Below, in pieces: positions 51,125 through 64,000 of a stretch of 64,000 nucleotides of DNA. Location of the stretch: positions 9,796,001-9,860,000 of the forward strand of contig CM106586.1 of NCBI GenBank assembly GCA_048013815.1. Reading direction: 5' to 3'. The DNA is from Setoptus koraiensis. Lineage: Eukaryota; Animalia; Arthropoda. Numbering within the stretch: the stretch's first letter is position 1; each line of letters opens with the position of its first letter. The position numbers and the translations under genes are program-made. The notes under the pieces are model-generated. The model saw only the letters and a program-made list of their open reading frames with translations, had not been told where the DNA came from and did no database searches.

Positions 51125-54100
51125 GTATGACAATAATAAAGATTACTGCTTGTCTCGCGGCGGCAGTAGTCATCTAGTCTCCTTAGTGAATTGGAGTTCC
51201 GATTGGTTGAATAAAATAGATTTCGCCAGTAGTACACTAACACTCACATACACACACATTTGCACAATTTCATTGCATCATTGTGAAGCACCTGCAACAG
51301 GGGTTAGTTATCAATGTTATCTCGTTATTAATATAGCTGGTCACCTAATTTATATTCCTCTTTCATCATGTAATATTCTAAACGATTAAAGCAATTTCAC
51401 CGGATCATCGTATCTATCTTTTTCTTGTTCTGTCTCTCTCTCTTCTTAGCATTAATTTATTAATTTAAACTAGTAATAACAACTATGTGAGGATAGACTT
51501 GGACAAAAGGCAAGAAGAAAAGAAAGAAATTGATTAAATTTTCACCAGATTGGTGTTTTCTAACTAGTAGTTTGTAATAGTAGTGCCAGCAGTAATAGTA
51601 GAGAGAATAGCAAAAATTATTGCCAGCACTAATGATAGTTAATGGTTTGCTTAATGATCGCCATCAAGTCAGTCACGCAATTTTAATCATCGTTCAAGGT
51701 GCTACTCATGATGATTATTATTACTATTAATAACAATACTGATGGTAACAATAATAATAGCCGGCCAAGAAAAAGAATAACAACAGATTAGATAAATGAT
51801 AGTGGTGGTGGTCGTCGTTTATGCAATCAATCAGTTGAAAACTAACTACAAAATCATCGAAGCGATAGCAAGAGGAAACAAGGTTGTTGGTTGTGGTGCC
51901 TACCACATCAACAACAATTGATCGATGGTCGTTGGCTTACATCAATGGGTCGTCACTAGTGATGGACTAATATTGCAGCCAATGTGGCGTTTATCTCATT
52001 AGATTATATCAAAGGCAAGTTGCGAGATTTGCTACATAATGGCTTGTATATGTAAAAAGAAGAAGATCACTTGTTGTTATTGGTGGCGATGATGAGGGGA
52101 CCAGAGGTGAGAATTGGCGCAATCATTGATGGTGGTCACGATTACACGTTTACCTCGGGCTGATGGATCGACTGGTCAGCCAGCAACGATGATGCCTAGG
52201 TTAGTTGTATATTAGTTGGGTATAATGGAGGGGGGGGCGGGCATTTAGACGTGAATGATGCCATCGTCAACTGTACGACCGCCGATGGTCAGTTGACTAG
52301 TGGCGCCAGCAAGTGTCAACAATGTATTGACAGATAATTTATTATTATTACATGTACATGTTGGCTGCTGTTATCCTGTTATTTGGACACCATTGCTATC
52401 TGGTGTTTGTATTATTTGTTCGCCAATGACAATGACAATGACGTTAGTGTTTACGTTTGCACTGACTACTATCACTTGTTGCTGTGATTCAGACAAAAAT
52501 TTATATGAGCTGCGATTCTGTTGGCGCCAGTCTTGCCAGCCGCGCCAATTGTTGCAATTGTCGCAACATTGCAATGCCGTGGCCTGACAGATCTGAGATA
52601 ATTACCATGATACAATCAACGCTGTTATCGACGCTGACGTTGTTTGGGAGTGATGCAAACCGTGGCGACACACCAAACAAACAATAATAATAACTGTGAC
52701 AATAATACAGTAATATATAAAGGGCAGATAATATATGGCAGCGACAGTAAACAAGAGCATACCTAGAGAGGTCATTTGTTGTCGGTGTCACGGACAGTTT
52801 GAGTGTGAAAGCATCGCAGTTTATCGACTCGGACATGAGTCGATAAACTGACAATGCAACCGCGATACTAACAAGATCCTTGCACATGCAGTCCATTATA
52901 TATTGTCGCCGGACAATACTTGTCCGGCAAACGCCTCGGGCTGGTCTCTTTGCCAGGCTCTCCCGTGTGTCCCGGCCCCTTCTTGGCGGCCCCCTGACCA
53001 CGGGTGGCTCCGCTGACAGTTGTTGTATGGATGGCATTTGTTGGCCAATTGGAATGAATTGGAATGGAGTCAATTAACGCGACTGTTGAGGGACATTTGC
53101 CAATGAATTGAAGATTTTCCATTCTTGTTTGCTAGCGAGCGAGTGTGTGTGTGAATCGGCAACAATTGTGTCCGACGGCCAGAGTCAACTGGACCGCCGG
53201 CGGGGCGCCCCGCCTGAATCATCTATCATTGGCGTTAGCATTGTGAGCGTTGTTGGGCGCGTATTGTTTTGGCGTAGTTGCCGCGGTGATGTCATCGCGC
53301 CAACTTGATAAATTGAACACCAACATGCCGCTGGAATTCGCGAGTTCAGTTTGCCAACTTGTTGCTGACACGGCCGCATTGTGCCGGCCGCCAACAATAT
53401 TAAACAATATAAAAGGAACGCGATATTGGCTATCGAAATATATTTTTGTCGACTCCATGTTGAATGTTTGAACGCTCGAACGATATGGAATATTGAATAT
53501 TGAATGGCGACGCAATGTTTGTGTTGCGCCACCATGGGCACCGTCCATTGGCACCGTCCATGGGCACCGGCCGCATCACTGGCTGATGCGGCCACGACCG
53601 CGGCCAAGCTGTGACATGATCAATTTATCGGCGATATTTTAATTTTTATCTCGCAGCGTTCGCAGCGACAATGTTGCCATGGTGATGACTGGCCACCATT
53701 ATCTCTCTCGCACCGACTCAACACACTTGTTGGCGTTATAATTGGCCGGCGTGTGTGTCGGTGTCGGCCAGTGGCACTCCCCGTAATAGCCGGACTCATC
53801 TCATTTCTCACCTATCCGAAGATGGATCCGATCCCGTCTGTAAAGAATCCCGTCTGATCGGCCCGATGTGACTGCGTAGCGCCGCGTCTTTGTCCGCTCC
53901 TCTCGGCGAAAGTCCCGCGTCGTGTGAGGCCACCGCCCATTGCATGATTGATCACCTCGGCACCGGACAACAGTGGGCAAGGCCGGCAACGGCGACGACG
54001 CCGGTCGCGGCAGCGCCAACAAACGGCTCATCGCGTCGGCCGCTGATGCGGCGTGCCAAGACTGACAACAGCGCGAGTGGAGCCCGTCCTCGTCGGCCAC

Positions 54101-55461
54101 CTCGGCGGTCAGTGCGGGCCAATCCGGCGGCCATTGAGGGCCAATTCTGATAGGATCGGCCGCTCGATGCGGCCGTGGCGAGCAACAAAACAGTGCTCTT
54201 GAACCGGCCCAAAACCGACGGGCCCGAGACTGGTCGGCCCGAAACGGTCGGCCCGAAACGGTCGGTTCGGCCGCGCGGGCGCCCTCGTGCCTGTCCGCCA
54301 GATGCCGCCACGTCCGATATGTGACCGCGCACAAATGGCACTCCGCAAATCCGAGCACCGACAATTGCGATTGGTCTCATCGTCATCATCGCTGGCTCAT
54401 TGAGCGTGCGGTCAATATGTGGCCGCTGTCTCGTCACTGTCCGTTCTGTAAAGTTCACCTGTAAACTTGCGGTCGGTGGTTGACACGATGCGCATTGGCT
54501 TGTTGTATTGGCGCGATGCGGATTTACATGACGCGGACGGACACGATGAGCGCGACGACAAAACGGGCGAATCTCGTACAAGCGGCTGCCGGGCACCACC
54601 ATTGAGCGGGTTCGGCTGAGGCGGGCCAGCCAGCCAGCGACTAGCGACCCGCAGCCGGTCGGCCCACCAAAGAGGGCGCAGAGAGCGCAAAGAGGGCGCC
54701 GAGAACGCCAAAAACCAAATACAGGTGACACCTCGTCGGCAATTGTGCGATAGTTTGTGCGTGCGGTCTCGCCCGGCTCGTGCAAATTGGCACGTACGAC
54801 CGCAATTGTTGTGAGCACGCGGTGTGTCATTACCGGCGTCCTCATTACCGGCGCTGTTGCTGGTAGTTGCTGGTGGTTGCTGGTAGTTGCTGGTAGTTGA
54901 TGGTAGTTGCTGGTTGTTGCTGGTTGTCGGCTGGTTGTCGGCCGGTTGTGTTATTTGCGGCCACGGCGGCGAAAAGGTAACAACGGCCCGTCTAGAGCAA
55001 AGAGAGCCGGCCGACAGAATTACCTCTACACAATTCGGGTGGTCACGACGGCGCCAAATTAACGCCACCGATCGACAACATCAGCAACAGCAACAGCAAC
55101 AACGGCAACAGCAACAACAACAACAACGGCAACAACATTAACAGCGGCAACAACAACAACAACCTCGACGACAACACCTGAGAGGTGGCCACGCAAACAA
55201 GTGACGACGAAAAGGAAGCGACAAGAATGGGCGGCGTCTCAATTAGACAACAACAACAACAACTTGCCGGCCACCATCAGCGCCGCCGACAGTTAATTTA
55301 TAAGCAACACTACACGCCCACTTACCTGAGTTATTAGTTTGCTCTTGTTTTCTCTCTCGAAGTGGAGCGGCTTTTCTCGTTTGATCGCGGCCACTTGTTG
55401 TTGTTGTTGCCGTCGCTGTTGTTGTTGTTGTTGCCATTGCCGTTGTTGCCGTTGCTGTTGC

Positions 55462-55499
<38 letters not shown>

Positions 55500-56529
55500 C
55501 TGTTGCTGTTGCCGTTGTTGCCGTTGTTGTCGCCGCACTGGTCAGCGCGAAAACTGAGCTGCCAGAGAGCCGCCAAATGTGCTCCGACCCGAGACGCAAA
55601 TGTTGTGCTCACTCACCTGTTGTGCACAACACTGGCGCAACAGCCGCCGTTGAAATAAACGAATCCAATGAGCTAATGATACTGAGTGTGTGCCTAAGTA
55701 AATGATGACACAACAAACGACGGCCCTAATTGGACGACCACCTACAACGGCCGGCGCGCAAACGCCAGTTATATCATCAGCGGTTGTATCATCGTCGGTC
55801 GCATGGTCGCCGGTTATATCATCGTCAGTTATGGCGTGCCGGCCACTGCAACGTCCGCCGTCCGCCGTCCGTTTTTAGTGGATCACATGACCAGATTAGG
55901 CCGGCATTATGTGTTATTTATGTATTATTTATGTAGCATAATGTGGCCAGATTATAGAGAGCACGGCCGGGCAAATTGAGCAGTCAAGTCAATTGTCCAG
56001 TGTGTGTGTGTTGACGTGCTTAAATTAGTTTTTAATTTGCCTCCAAACAAGGCCACTCACAAATTGTGAGTCACAATGGCCAAGCGGCCCGGCCGAGCGA
56101 AGCCCATAGAAGCCCAGAGAAGCCCATAGAAGCCCAGAGAAGCCCATAGAAGCCCAGAGAAGCCCAGCGAAGCCGAGTTACCTGTAGTTGGCGTGTATTT
56201 ATTGCAGCACATGACGAGCGCACATTAGGAGCACTTTGGTATGCGTATATTTCGTTTATGTATATTTGCTGCCGTTTATAGGCCGCACTTAGGCGACGGC
56301 ATACGTAACATGGCGACGTGGACGCATAACATGGTGACACCTCTGTCCGACAAAACGTCGCTCGACTGTGACAGCCACAGCAACTATAGGCGACTTTTGG
56401 CACTTTGGCCACTTTGGCCCGGCTAGCTCGAGCTTCGGCCGACAACAGTGCGACTGACAACAGTGTGAGCGAAGCCAGTTTTATGGCCTGTGCATTCACG
56501 ACAATTATCCGGCAACAGTCAGCGAAGCA

Positions 56530-56663
56530 TCTCATATGAATACGAGAGTCACTCTCATATGGATATGAGAGAATTTCGTATGGATATGAGAGTCACTCTG
56601 ATGTGAATATGAGAGTCACTCTGATGTGAATATGAGAGTGTCTCATATGGATGCGAGAGTGAC
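56530..56663. repeat. ~23-bp minisatellite with internally palindromic units (x6)
   Basis: gagag(tcac) recurs at 56544, 56567, 56588, 56611, 56634, 56655; unit core ctctcatat-gg-atatgagag. Confidence 0.8.
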
Positions 56664-57824
56664 AATATAAAGTCGTTTCGAAATGACTTTATATTGTCAC
56701 TTATTGTCGCCGGCACTGACAGCTGCCGTTGTTTGTGTCCGGCCGAGCAGCGACAAACGAGCGGCCGCCAGGTGAGGCCGCCTGATTTGCGTTTCACCTC
56801 TCTGACAATGGCAAAATTGTGCGCTTCTGTTTGTGGCCCCATCTACTGCTACTATAATACATATAATATATATAATATATATAATATATGCTATTTTTAT
56901 GCTCATTATCAGCCCATTATTTACAACTGACGGTGTCCGGCCACGCCAACTATAGGCCGGCCACAAGTGTCGACGATGACTAATTAGTATCAGTGGCCAA
57001 TTGTAATTATCGTTGTGACCGGGCCGGCATCGTGGCGAGCATCGCATGAATAATGGCCGACAAGCAACGCATAAATACGGCAGCATGATACGGCCGCCAT
57101 TGTCATGAGTGGGACGAGCGTTTTTGTTAATGAGATACACATTCACAAGTGTTGCCGCTAATTGTCGGAATGGAAAAACGACAATTATTATTAGCATATT
57201 ATTATTGTCAGTTGGCGCTACACTGTCGGTCGGGCTCGCGTTGCCAGTTGGTCAGTTAGCATCGCATTGCTGGTTGGTCAGTTGGTCAGTTGGCGTTGCA
57301 TTGCTAGTTATATTGCTGCTTGGAGCTCACTGACAACTTTGCAACGGCTGCCAGTGGCTGCCAATGGCGCGTCCATCATTACACACTATATATTGAATAT
57401 TATGAGTGCCGGCGAGCCGCCGGTGTCAATGCGTCGGCACGCAATTCTTTCATCAGAATATTATTTATCTTTGCATTTTTGCACAATAATTAATATTTTA
57501 TCACTACCTGTTTGCCGGTCGCAAGTCGTATCACACAGGCAAGTCGTATCATACAGACAAGTTGCATCATACAGGCAAGTCGTATCATACAGACAAGTTG
57601 CATAATACAGGTTGTGCGCCCATCGAGCGGCAACATGCACATTATCCGCACCGAGCAAGCCCATCCGCATATTCACATGTGAATCTAGTTTATACATGCA
57701 GTTTATGCATGAAGTTCATAAATGCAGATTATATACGCAGTTTATATGTGCAGTGTGCGTACGGGATATAGGGCACATTGGCCATCTGTGGGCATTGATC
57801 GCCCAAAGACGCCCGTTGCGAAGC

Positions 57825-57937
57825 GCCGCTCAGGTGAGTTGCCAAGCCATCGCGCCCGCTCAGGTGAGTTGCCGAGCCATCGCGGCCGCTCAGGTGAGCC
57901 GCCGCCGAGCCAGCCTTGGCCGCGGCAACTCACCTGA
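57825..57937. repeat. 30-bp tandem repeat x3 plus an inverted partial copy
   Basis: caggtgag at 57831, 57861, 57891; reverse complement ggcaactcacctga at 57924-57937. Confidence 0.85.
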
Positions 57938-60900
57938 CATTGGGCTGGCCTTGCCGTTGTCGTGGCAACGCACACAGCCCTTGTGATACAGGTGAGCTGC
58001 ACGGGTGCCATAGTGGCAAACGAAGAAATGAATTGCGCAATGCAAAGCCATTGCGCAATGTCCACTTTTGGCAACAACATTTACCTATTATACCGCTACT
58101 AATGCATCAATCTGTCTAGTGGTCCAGCTCGCCTGAGTGTCGGTGTCTCTTTGTTTTTGTTGCCGCTGTTGCCGTTGTTGCCGCTGTTGCCGCTGTTGCC
58201 GCTGTTGCCGCTGTTGCGCCGCCGTGTTACGTCATCGCCGGCCAGCCCGGCCAGTTCACGCCTGTCCATCGCTCGCCGCGCCGGCCACTGGTCAGGCGCG
58301 AAGGGCGAGCGAGCGTCGGCTCGGCACTGTCGACTCGACAGTGTCCACCGCTCATTAATTGGCCGGCGCTCGAGCTCGGGCTTCGAATTTCGAATTGCGA
58401 ATTGCGAACTCGGGCTCCGGACGGCGAATTCGCAACGGCGAATGTCGAACTTGCGCCTCGAAGCCGGCAGTTCGAACTTGGAGTTTCCAACTTCAAATTT
58501 GGCATTTCGAAGCGCCTCGCGCCGAGAATGCGAAACGCAGCGCAGCGCGCCCGACAATGGCAAGTTGAACGGGTGCTTCCACCATTGCGCATTATTGCGT
58601 TACGCAAGCCGGCCCGTCACTCACCGGCAACAAAGGGCGGCCGGCCGGCCGGCCGGCCAGTGCGCGGCCGAATATGCGGCCAAAGTGCAGTGAATGCACG
58701 CCGGCCTAAATCGGGCCGCGGCGAAATGACGCAACGAGCGCTCGCATATGAGCGCTAGTTAGGAGGCCGGCGGCGCAAGTGCAAGAACAATGCCGATGAT
58801 TGGTGCGCGTGGCATTGACAAGCTCTAATCATGACGTCATCATCACCGGACAGGCGGGCCTGTCAGTGCCGGCACCTGTAAAAATATTATTATGTAACTT
58901 TGCGTAATGTGTGTGTGTGTGTGTTGAACAGTGTGCATTGTGCGCCGGACAACTCGGCACAACTTGTTGCGTTGGCTCGCCACTTACGGCCACCGGCCTG
59001 TTACCTGTCGAGCCGTGCCGACAACGGCCACCAATTCGACGCCCAGTTCGACAGGTGAGTTCGGCGGCGCAAGCGGGCGCTTCTCGCCTCGAGTGTGTGT
59101 GTGTGTGTGCGCTGCGAGCCATTTCCTCAGGGCGCGTCCGAGCGGCGTGTGGGGCCTCCATGGTTGCGCCTGGCATCGGGCGGGCGCAAATTAGAGGGTT
59201 CGTTCGCCGCCGTTGCCGCCGCTTCGTCGGCGCTGTCAGTGGGCCGGCCGTCGGTCGGTGGGCAGCGCAAATTCAATTACCTGGCCAGAGCGTTTTTGTT
59301 TGATCTTGTAATAACTTAATGCGCGCACTTTGCCGGGTCGCTCCTTCGCTCGCGCCGCCGACCGTCGGCTTCGAGCCGCGAACTCGCAACTTCGCACTCG
59401 GCACTCGCCGCTGCCAACTTCGCACTCGCAACTTTGAAATTTTGGAGCTCGCAACTTTTAGACTCGCAAATTCATGAATTTATGAATTCATGAATTCATG
59501 AAGTCGCAACTCGCAACTCGGAACGAACGGCCGACGGTGGCGCAGTCACACAATCGGCGAGCAACTAATTGCGCTCAATTAGTTGCTGTTAGCGCCGCCA
59601 CCTCGGCGACCCTCATTGTGACGCTGTGGCCAGCGGCGGGCCGGCAGCATTGCGCCGGTAATGATGCCATCGACTCGCCACCCGTCCGACGTGTAACATT
59701 TGGCGCGTCTGCCCAATAATGCAGCCAGTGATATCACTCATCGACGGGTATCACATTGTACATTGGACATTGTACATTAGACATTGTACATTGTACATTA
59801 GACATTGTACGTTAGGCGGCGGCGGCGGCGGAAACTGGCCAACGGATTCATCCATTGAATCTATCGGAACTTCCAATTTGGAAGGCGGATAGTTGGCCCG
59901 CATGGGCACCGCATCAATTGCATTCATTCGCAATTGACGTCGGTGGCGCTGGCGATCCATGGCGCGGCCAGCATCAGCGGCAACAGCCGCTGTTGAACAG
60001 CGTCAAAACGACGCTCGGTGTTATGTAACACTTGTTGCTCGGCGCAACTTGTTACATAACACTCACAAATTGTGAGCCACAATGGCCCACAAGCGATACT
60101 CGCACAGGCAACAGACGCGCCGGCGATAGTCGCACACAGGTGAGAGATGCACAGGTAACAGACAGACAGGTAAGAGATGCTCACGTAATAGGTGCACAGG
60201 TAATAGGTGCACAGGTAATGGATACAATGGTCGCGGCGAACAAGTGCCCGATTCACACTGCGACCATTTTCGTGCTCCTATTTTCTCAATTGGCTAATTA
60301 TAGCCTGGCCGTTGCCACTTGCCCATTCGCCACTTGCGCCAGTCTCGCCAATCGCGTCCCAATCTCGTCTCCGATGGTGGCGATCGGTCGAAACATCTTG
60401 CAACCGCTTGGCAAGTCACACAATTGTTGCCAAAAGCATGTTGCATAATGCTGCATGTTGGCCAATGTCGGACGTTGCGCAACATTGGGCGCAACATTAC
60501 ATGATGCGCAATTATCATTATTATGCAATTACATCACATATGCTGGCGAGCCGGCCCTGCAAACGACCGTTAGCGTTTGCAGGCAACGCGGCCAACTGGC
60601 TCACAATTTCGCAACTGACGATTAATCAATTAGTGCAATTGCGATCCAGTGGCCAACGCCGGGCTCACCTGATCAATTAGCTACCGGGCGAGCGTTTCAT
60701 TTGGCGGCCATTTCACATGCATATTATGTAATGTGCATTGGCGCCCGTCTCTCCCTCTCTCTCTTGTTATCTCGCCCGTCTCTCTCTGTCCGATCGCTGT
60801 GTCCGGCGGCTCGCTCTGTCCGCGCCGGGCACTGCGCTCATTATGTTGACTTGGCAATGGCTGTCGGCAAGGGCGCTCACATGATTCACATTACATAATA

Positions 60901-63900
60901 TACATATGAATTATATATTACATCATCATAAATATCAAGTGTGACAGTGTCACATGATACGCTCGGCGTGTCACACGGCCGCGCCGGCCGGGCAAGAGGG
61001 CGCCACCACTCATTAGCAGCGCTCATTAGCGGCAAATGAGTGGCGCAGCAAATGACGACACAGCACAGGACAACCGCTGTGACTGTTGTGGCGCAACAGG
61101 TACCCGCGCCGGCAGTAGGCCGCGGTCGGACATAGTGAGATATAGTGAGACATGGTACGTTCATAAACGAATAAATTAGTCAGTGTCTCGGCATCGTCGA
61201 CGGGCTTATTATCGGGCCGCTTGTGCCGTCTCGCTCACTCTGTTGCCCGCTGCGGTGCTCGTTGCGGCGGCCGGGACTCGTCGCTGCTATTCGCCGTCGG
61301 AACTCATCGTTGGGATTCACTAGATTTAGTGTGACAGCGGTCGCAACAAGTGCGCGCCGGGCCGCAAACAGGAGCGCAATCCGCAGAGCGTTTGGCAAAT
61401 AAGTGGCCCGGCCGAGCTCGCCAGCGACACGGGCGTGATTAATGGTTCGTCTCATTACACTCTCTCCCGACTGCCGACTGCCGACTCTCTCGACTCTCGG
61501 AAGCGCCCGCGAGTCAAGTGCTGAGCACTCAATTTGGCACTCATTTGGCACCCGGTCGGCGCTCGGTTGGCGCTCGGTCGGCGCTCGTTTGGCACCCGTT
61601 TGCAATGGGAAAATGGCCCGTTTTGCGGCGGAATGCGAGCGTTGCGACGGCTCTCGGGTCGCGAGCGATTTGCATACACGCACACATTGTTTCGCATGGC
61701 GATCGACAGAGCAGACGCAGGGGCTAATTGAAGCGCCAAAGCGATAATTCGAAGCTTTGTGCCGACACTGTCCGGCCGGCGAGCGGCCGACAAAATTGCT
61801 CGCCAACACACTCAAATCATTTGAGTCAAATGAGCACATATGCAAATGAGCGCTTGATTGGAGTGCTTGTGTTTGTTCGAGAGATTTGTTGGTTGCGGAC
61901 GCAGCGCAAGGATGACCAACAACAAGTGGCCGCAAAGGAATTCTCGCTCGCCAATGTGATGTGGTGGCGGCGGCGGCGGCGCAAAATGCAAATGTTGTGC
62001 CAACAGCGACAACGACAGCAACAGCGCCGAGCCGCACAACTGACCAGTATGGGCCGCTCGTTCTTTTGTAGTTGCCGATTTAACAGTGACCGCAATGACG
62101 GCGCGCCGAGGCCGCGCTTGCGCCGCCAGGTGAGGGCAGCCAATTTATGGTGGCCGTTATTGCGCGCTGTCCGGCGACGGTGTCCGTCCGTCACAACGAA
62201 CGGCGGCGAGCGTACAACAGCAACATCAACAACAGCAACAACAACAGCAACAGCAGCAACAACGACAACAACAACAGCAGCAACAACAACAGCAACAACA
62301 ACAACGACCACAGCAACAGCAACAACAGCAGCAGCAACAACAGCAGCAGCGGCAGCAACAACGACGCCGCAAAAGAAGCCGCAAAGCAAATAGATAATAA
62401 ACTGTGATGCGATTTGCATTACGACGGTCGCCGGCCAGCGACCGAGCCCGGCCCGAGCGGCCGCGCCAACCTGTTGTAGTGCTGTGTGCATTGTCGGCCA
62501 TTGATTTACAGCCGCTGTTAAAAGCTGTTTGCCCACGAGAGTCGCACCTGAGCACAACATTCCGCGCCAGCAACCACAACAACGACAACAACCTCCACAA
62601 CGACAACCACAGCAGCCACCACGACGACAACGACAACACTGACCGACGCTGTTGTCGCCGAGCGACATTCCGGCGAGTCGCTGTCTGCGAACGCCCTATA
62701 ACGAACGACCGTCGCTGCCCATGATGTAACCGCATGCGTACATGTGACACACAACAACGCCACTGAGATCCCTATATGCGTTTGTGGCGCAACGCGCCAG
62801 CTATTGCGTAACACCAGTGCGCCCTCTGCCTGCTCGGCGCCGCAAACAAAGTCTTGATTTCGACTCCCATCCCGTCGCATCGGCTCGCATTATGTCGTTT
62901 GGCCTGGCGTAGGCGCCCCGATATCTCGCCAGAGGAGGCCAATCGAGTGAATTGGCGTCCAAAGTGACCATTCTCTCAGTGGCTCTTCGGCCCATTTCCG
63001 CTCCTCGAAACGGTCGCCCTTCAAACGGCTCAATCCGATTGAGTCAATGGAGCCATTCGAACGACGCAAACAGTGAGCGGCCAACAAAACAAGCAACGCG
63101 CATACCCGGCCAACCAGCCACAAACTGAGCGACATTCCTCTTTGCGCACCGAGGCAAGCTAATTTGAATTTGTTAATTTGAGTCGAATTAACAAATTATT
63201 TGACTCAAATTATTTGAGGTGCGCGCAACGCACATTCCGCGCTTGAGACTCTCAAGTTGAGAGCGGCCGTGCGACGAATTGTCGTGCCAACAATGGCCAC
63301 CGACCCCATAAATTATGCGAGACAACACTGTGCACTAACTCTCAAATTGAGAGTCTCAATTCGATTAGTGGCGGCTAATTTGGCGCAATTAATTGTGGCG
63401 TAATCGTTCAATCGACCAGTCGATTGTCGGTCCGCCTATGGCGCTCACCGGCGACAAATCGGTCGGCGGGCATTCGGGCAGCGGGCGGCGGGCCGGCCGC
63501 GAACGAAAATTGTCGCCACAATGCAGTCGCCACAATGCGGTCACCACAATGCAATCATCGCGAAGCCGCCGGCGACCGCGCGAGGCCGTGAGCACGGATT
63601 GCCGCGCCTTGATCGCCGGGCTGGCATCGCGCATTTCCGGATAGGCCGGGCCGGGCCGAGCGCAGCATTGCGCGGGTACGAATAATTTGTCAAATCAAGT
63701 TGGGGGTGTGGCTGGCGCGGCGGGACATTCGGGACTGTTGAGACGGCCGGACAGTCGGGACTTTCGGGACTTCCTGGGCCGGACCCTCGGGAGTGTTCGG
63801 ACGGTCGGGAGCGTTCGGACGGTCGGGAGCGTTCGGACGGGCGGAGCGTGTTGAATGGCGGGCGCGGCGCGGTTTTATGGCCCTGCGTTGGTTACAACAC

Positions 63901-64000
63901 ACGTCATATAGGCATATTAAATTGAAATAATTTGCGTCGCCGGCAAATGTGTTAAAGTTCATGTTTGGTCTCGATGTGCGTCGCTCGGCCGGTCGGTGAT

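Larger units (their letters stand above)
51400..64000. repeat. Low-complexity tract dense in micro/minisatellites; no recognisable conserved gene
   Basis: (CAA/CAG)n at 55075-55165, 55395-55510 and 62215-62360; 10-mer agcccatag/agcccagag array ~56100-56170; 19-mer array ~57525-57610; other arrays are listed under findings. Confidence 0.8.

Noticed and set aside
51925-51936. Reverse complement matches the first 12 nt of arthropod 5S rRNA
   Set aside because: Similarity stops immediately; no internal A/C boxes.
52860-52930. DM-domain-like DCMCK
   Set aside because: The other Cys/His ligands are absent in frame.
56530-56663. CRISPR-like palindromic repeats
   Set aside because: No unique spacers, no cas genes, eukaryotic context.
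61909-61921. gcgcaaggatgac matches part of U6 snRNA
   Set aside because: The ACAGAGA box and flanking U6 sequence are absent; chance match.

Overview
Eukaryotic (animal) genomic DNA. The highly compact, intron-poor genes and arthropod-type families (CYP3-clan P450, DUF4728-like, DM4/DM12-like, TIL) fit a small-genome arthropod, most likely a mite such as an eriophyoid (inference; no search run). There are two gene-dense blocks. Block 1 (1-16.5 kb): TAF2 3' end, Shc, P450, ING-like, citrate synthase, XTBD protein, cytochrome b561, MFS transporter. Block 2 (26-51 kb): secreted Cys-rich protein, MOCS1A/B, SDR pseudogene, ATP5MK, two uncharacterised ORFs, CLEC16A, EXOC8, TIL protein, CCDC186, FAH, 4-TM protein, MCM7, NDUFS8. 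Two 9-13 kb tracts (16.6-25.6 kb and 51.4-64 kb) are saturated with short tandem repeats and hold no recognisable gene. Top finding: the complex I subunit gene NDUFS8 (50474) is a chimera. Its 5' flank, start codon and mitochondrial presequence are a diverged copy of the 5' end of the citrate synthase gene 43 kb away (7020), with a clean 60-bp in-frame deletion and a mostly synonymous substitution pattern. Other highlights: a P450 flanked by ~590-bp, ~98% identical direct repeats, and repeated loss of normally conserved modules (EXOC8 PH domain, ING PHD finger, Shc YYN Grb2 site, FAH N-domain, CLEC16A C-terminus).
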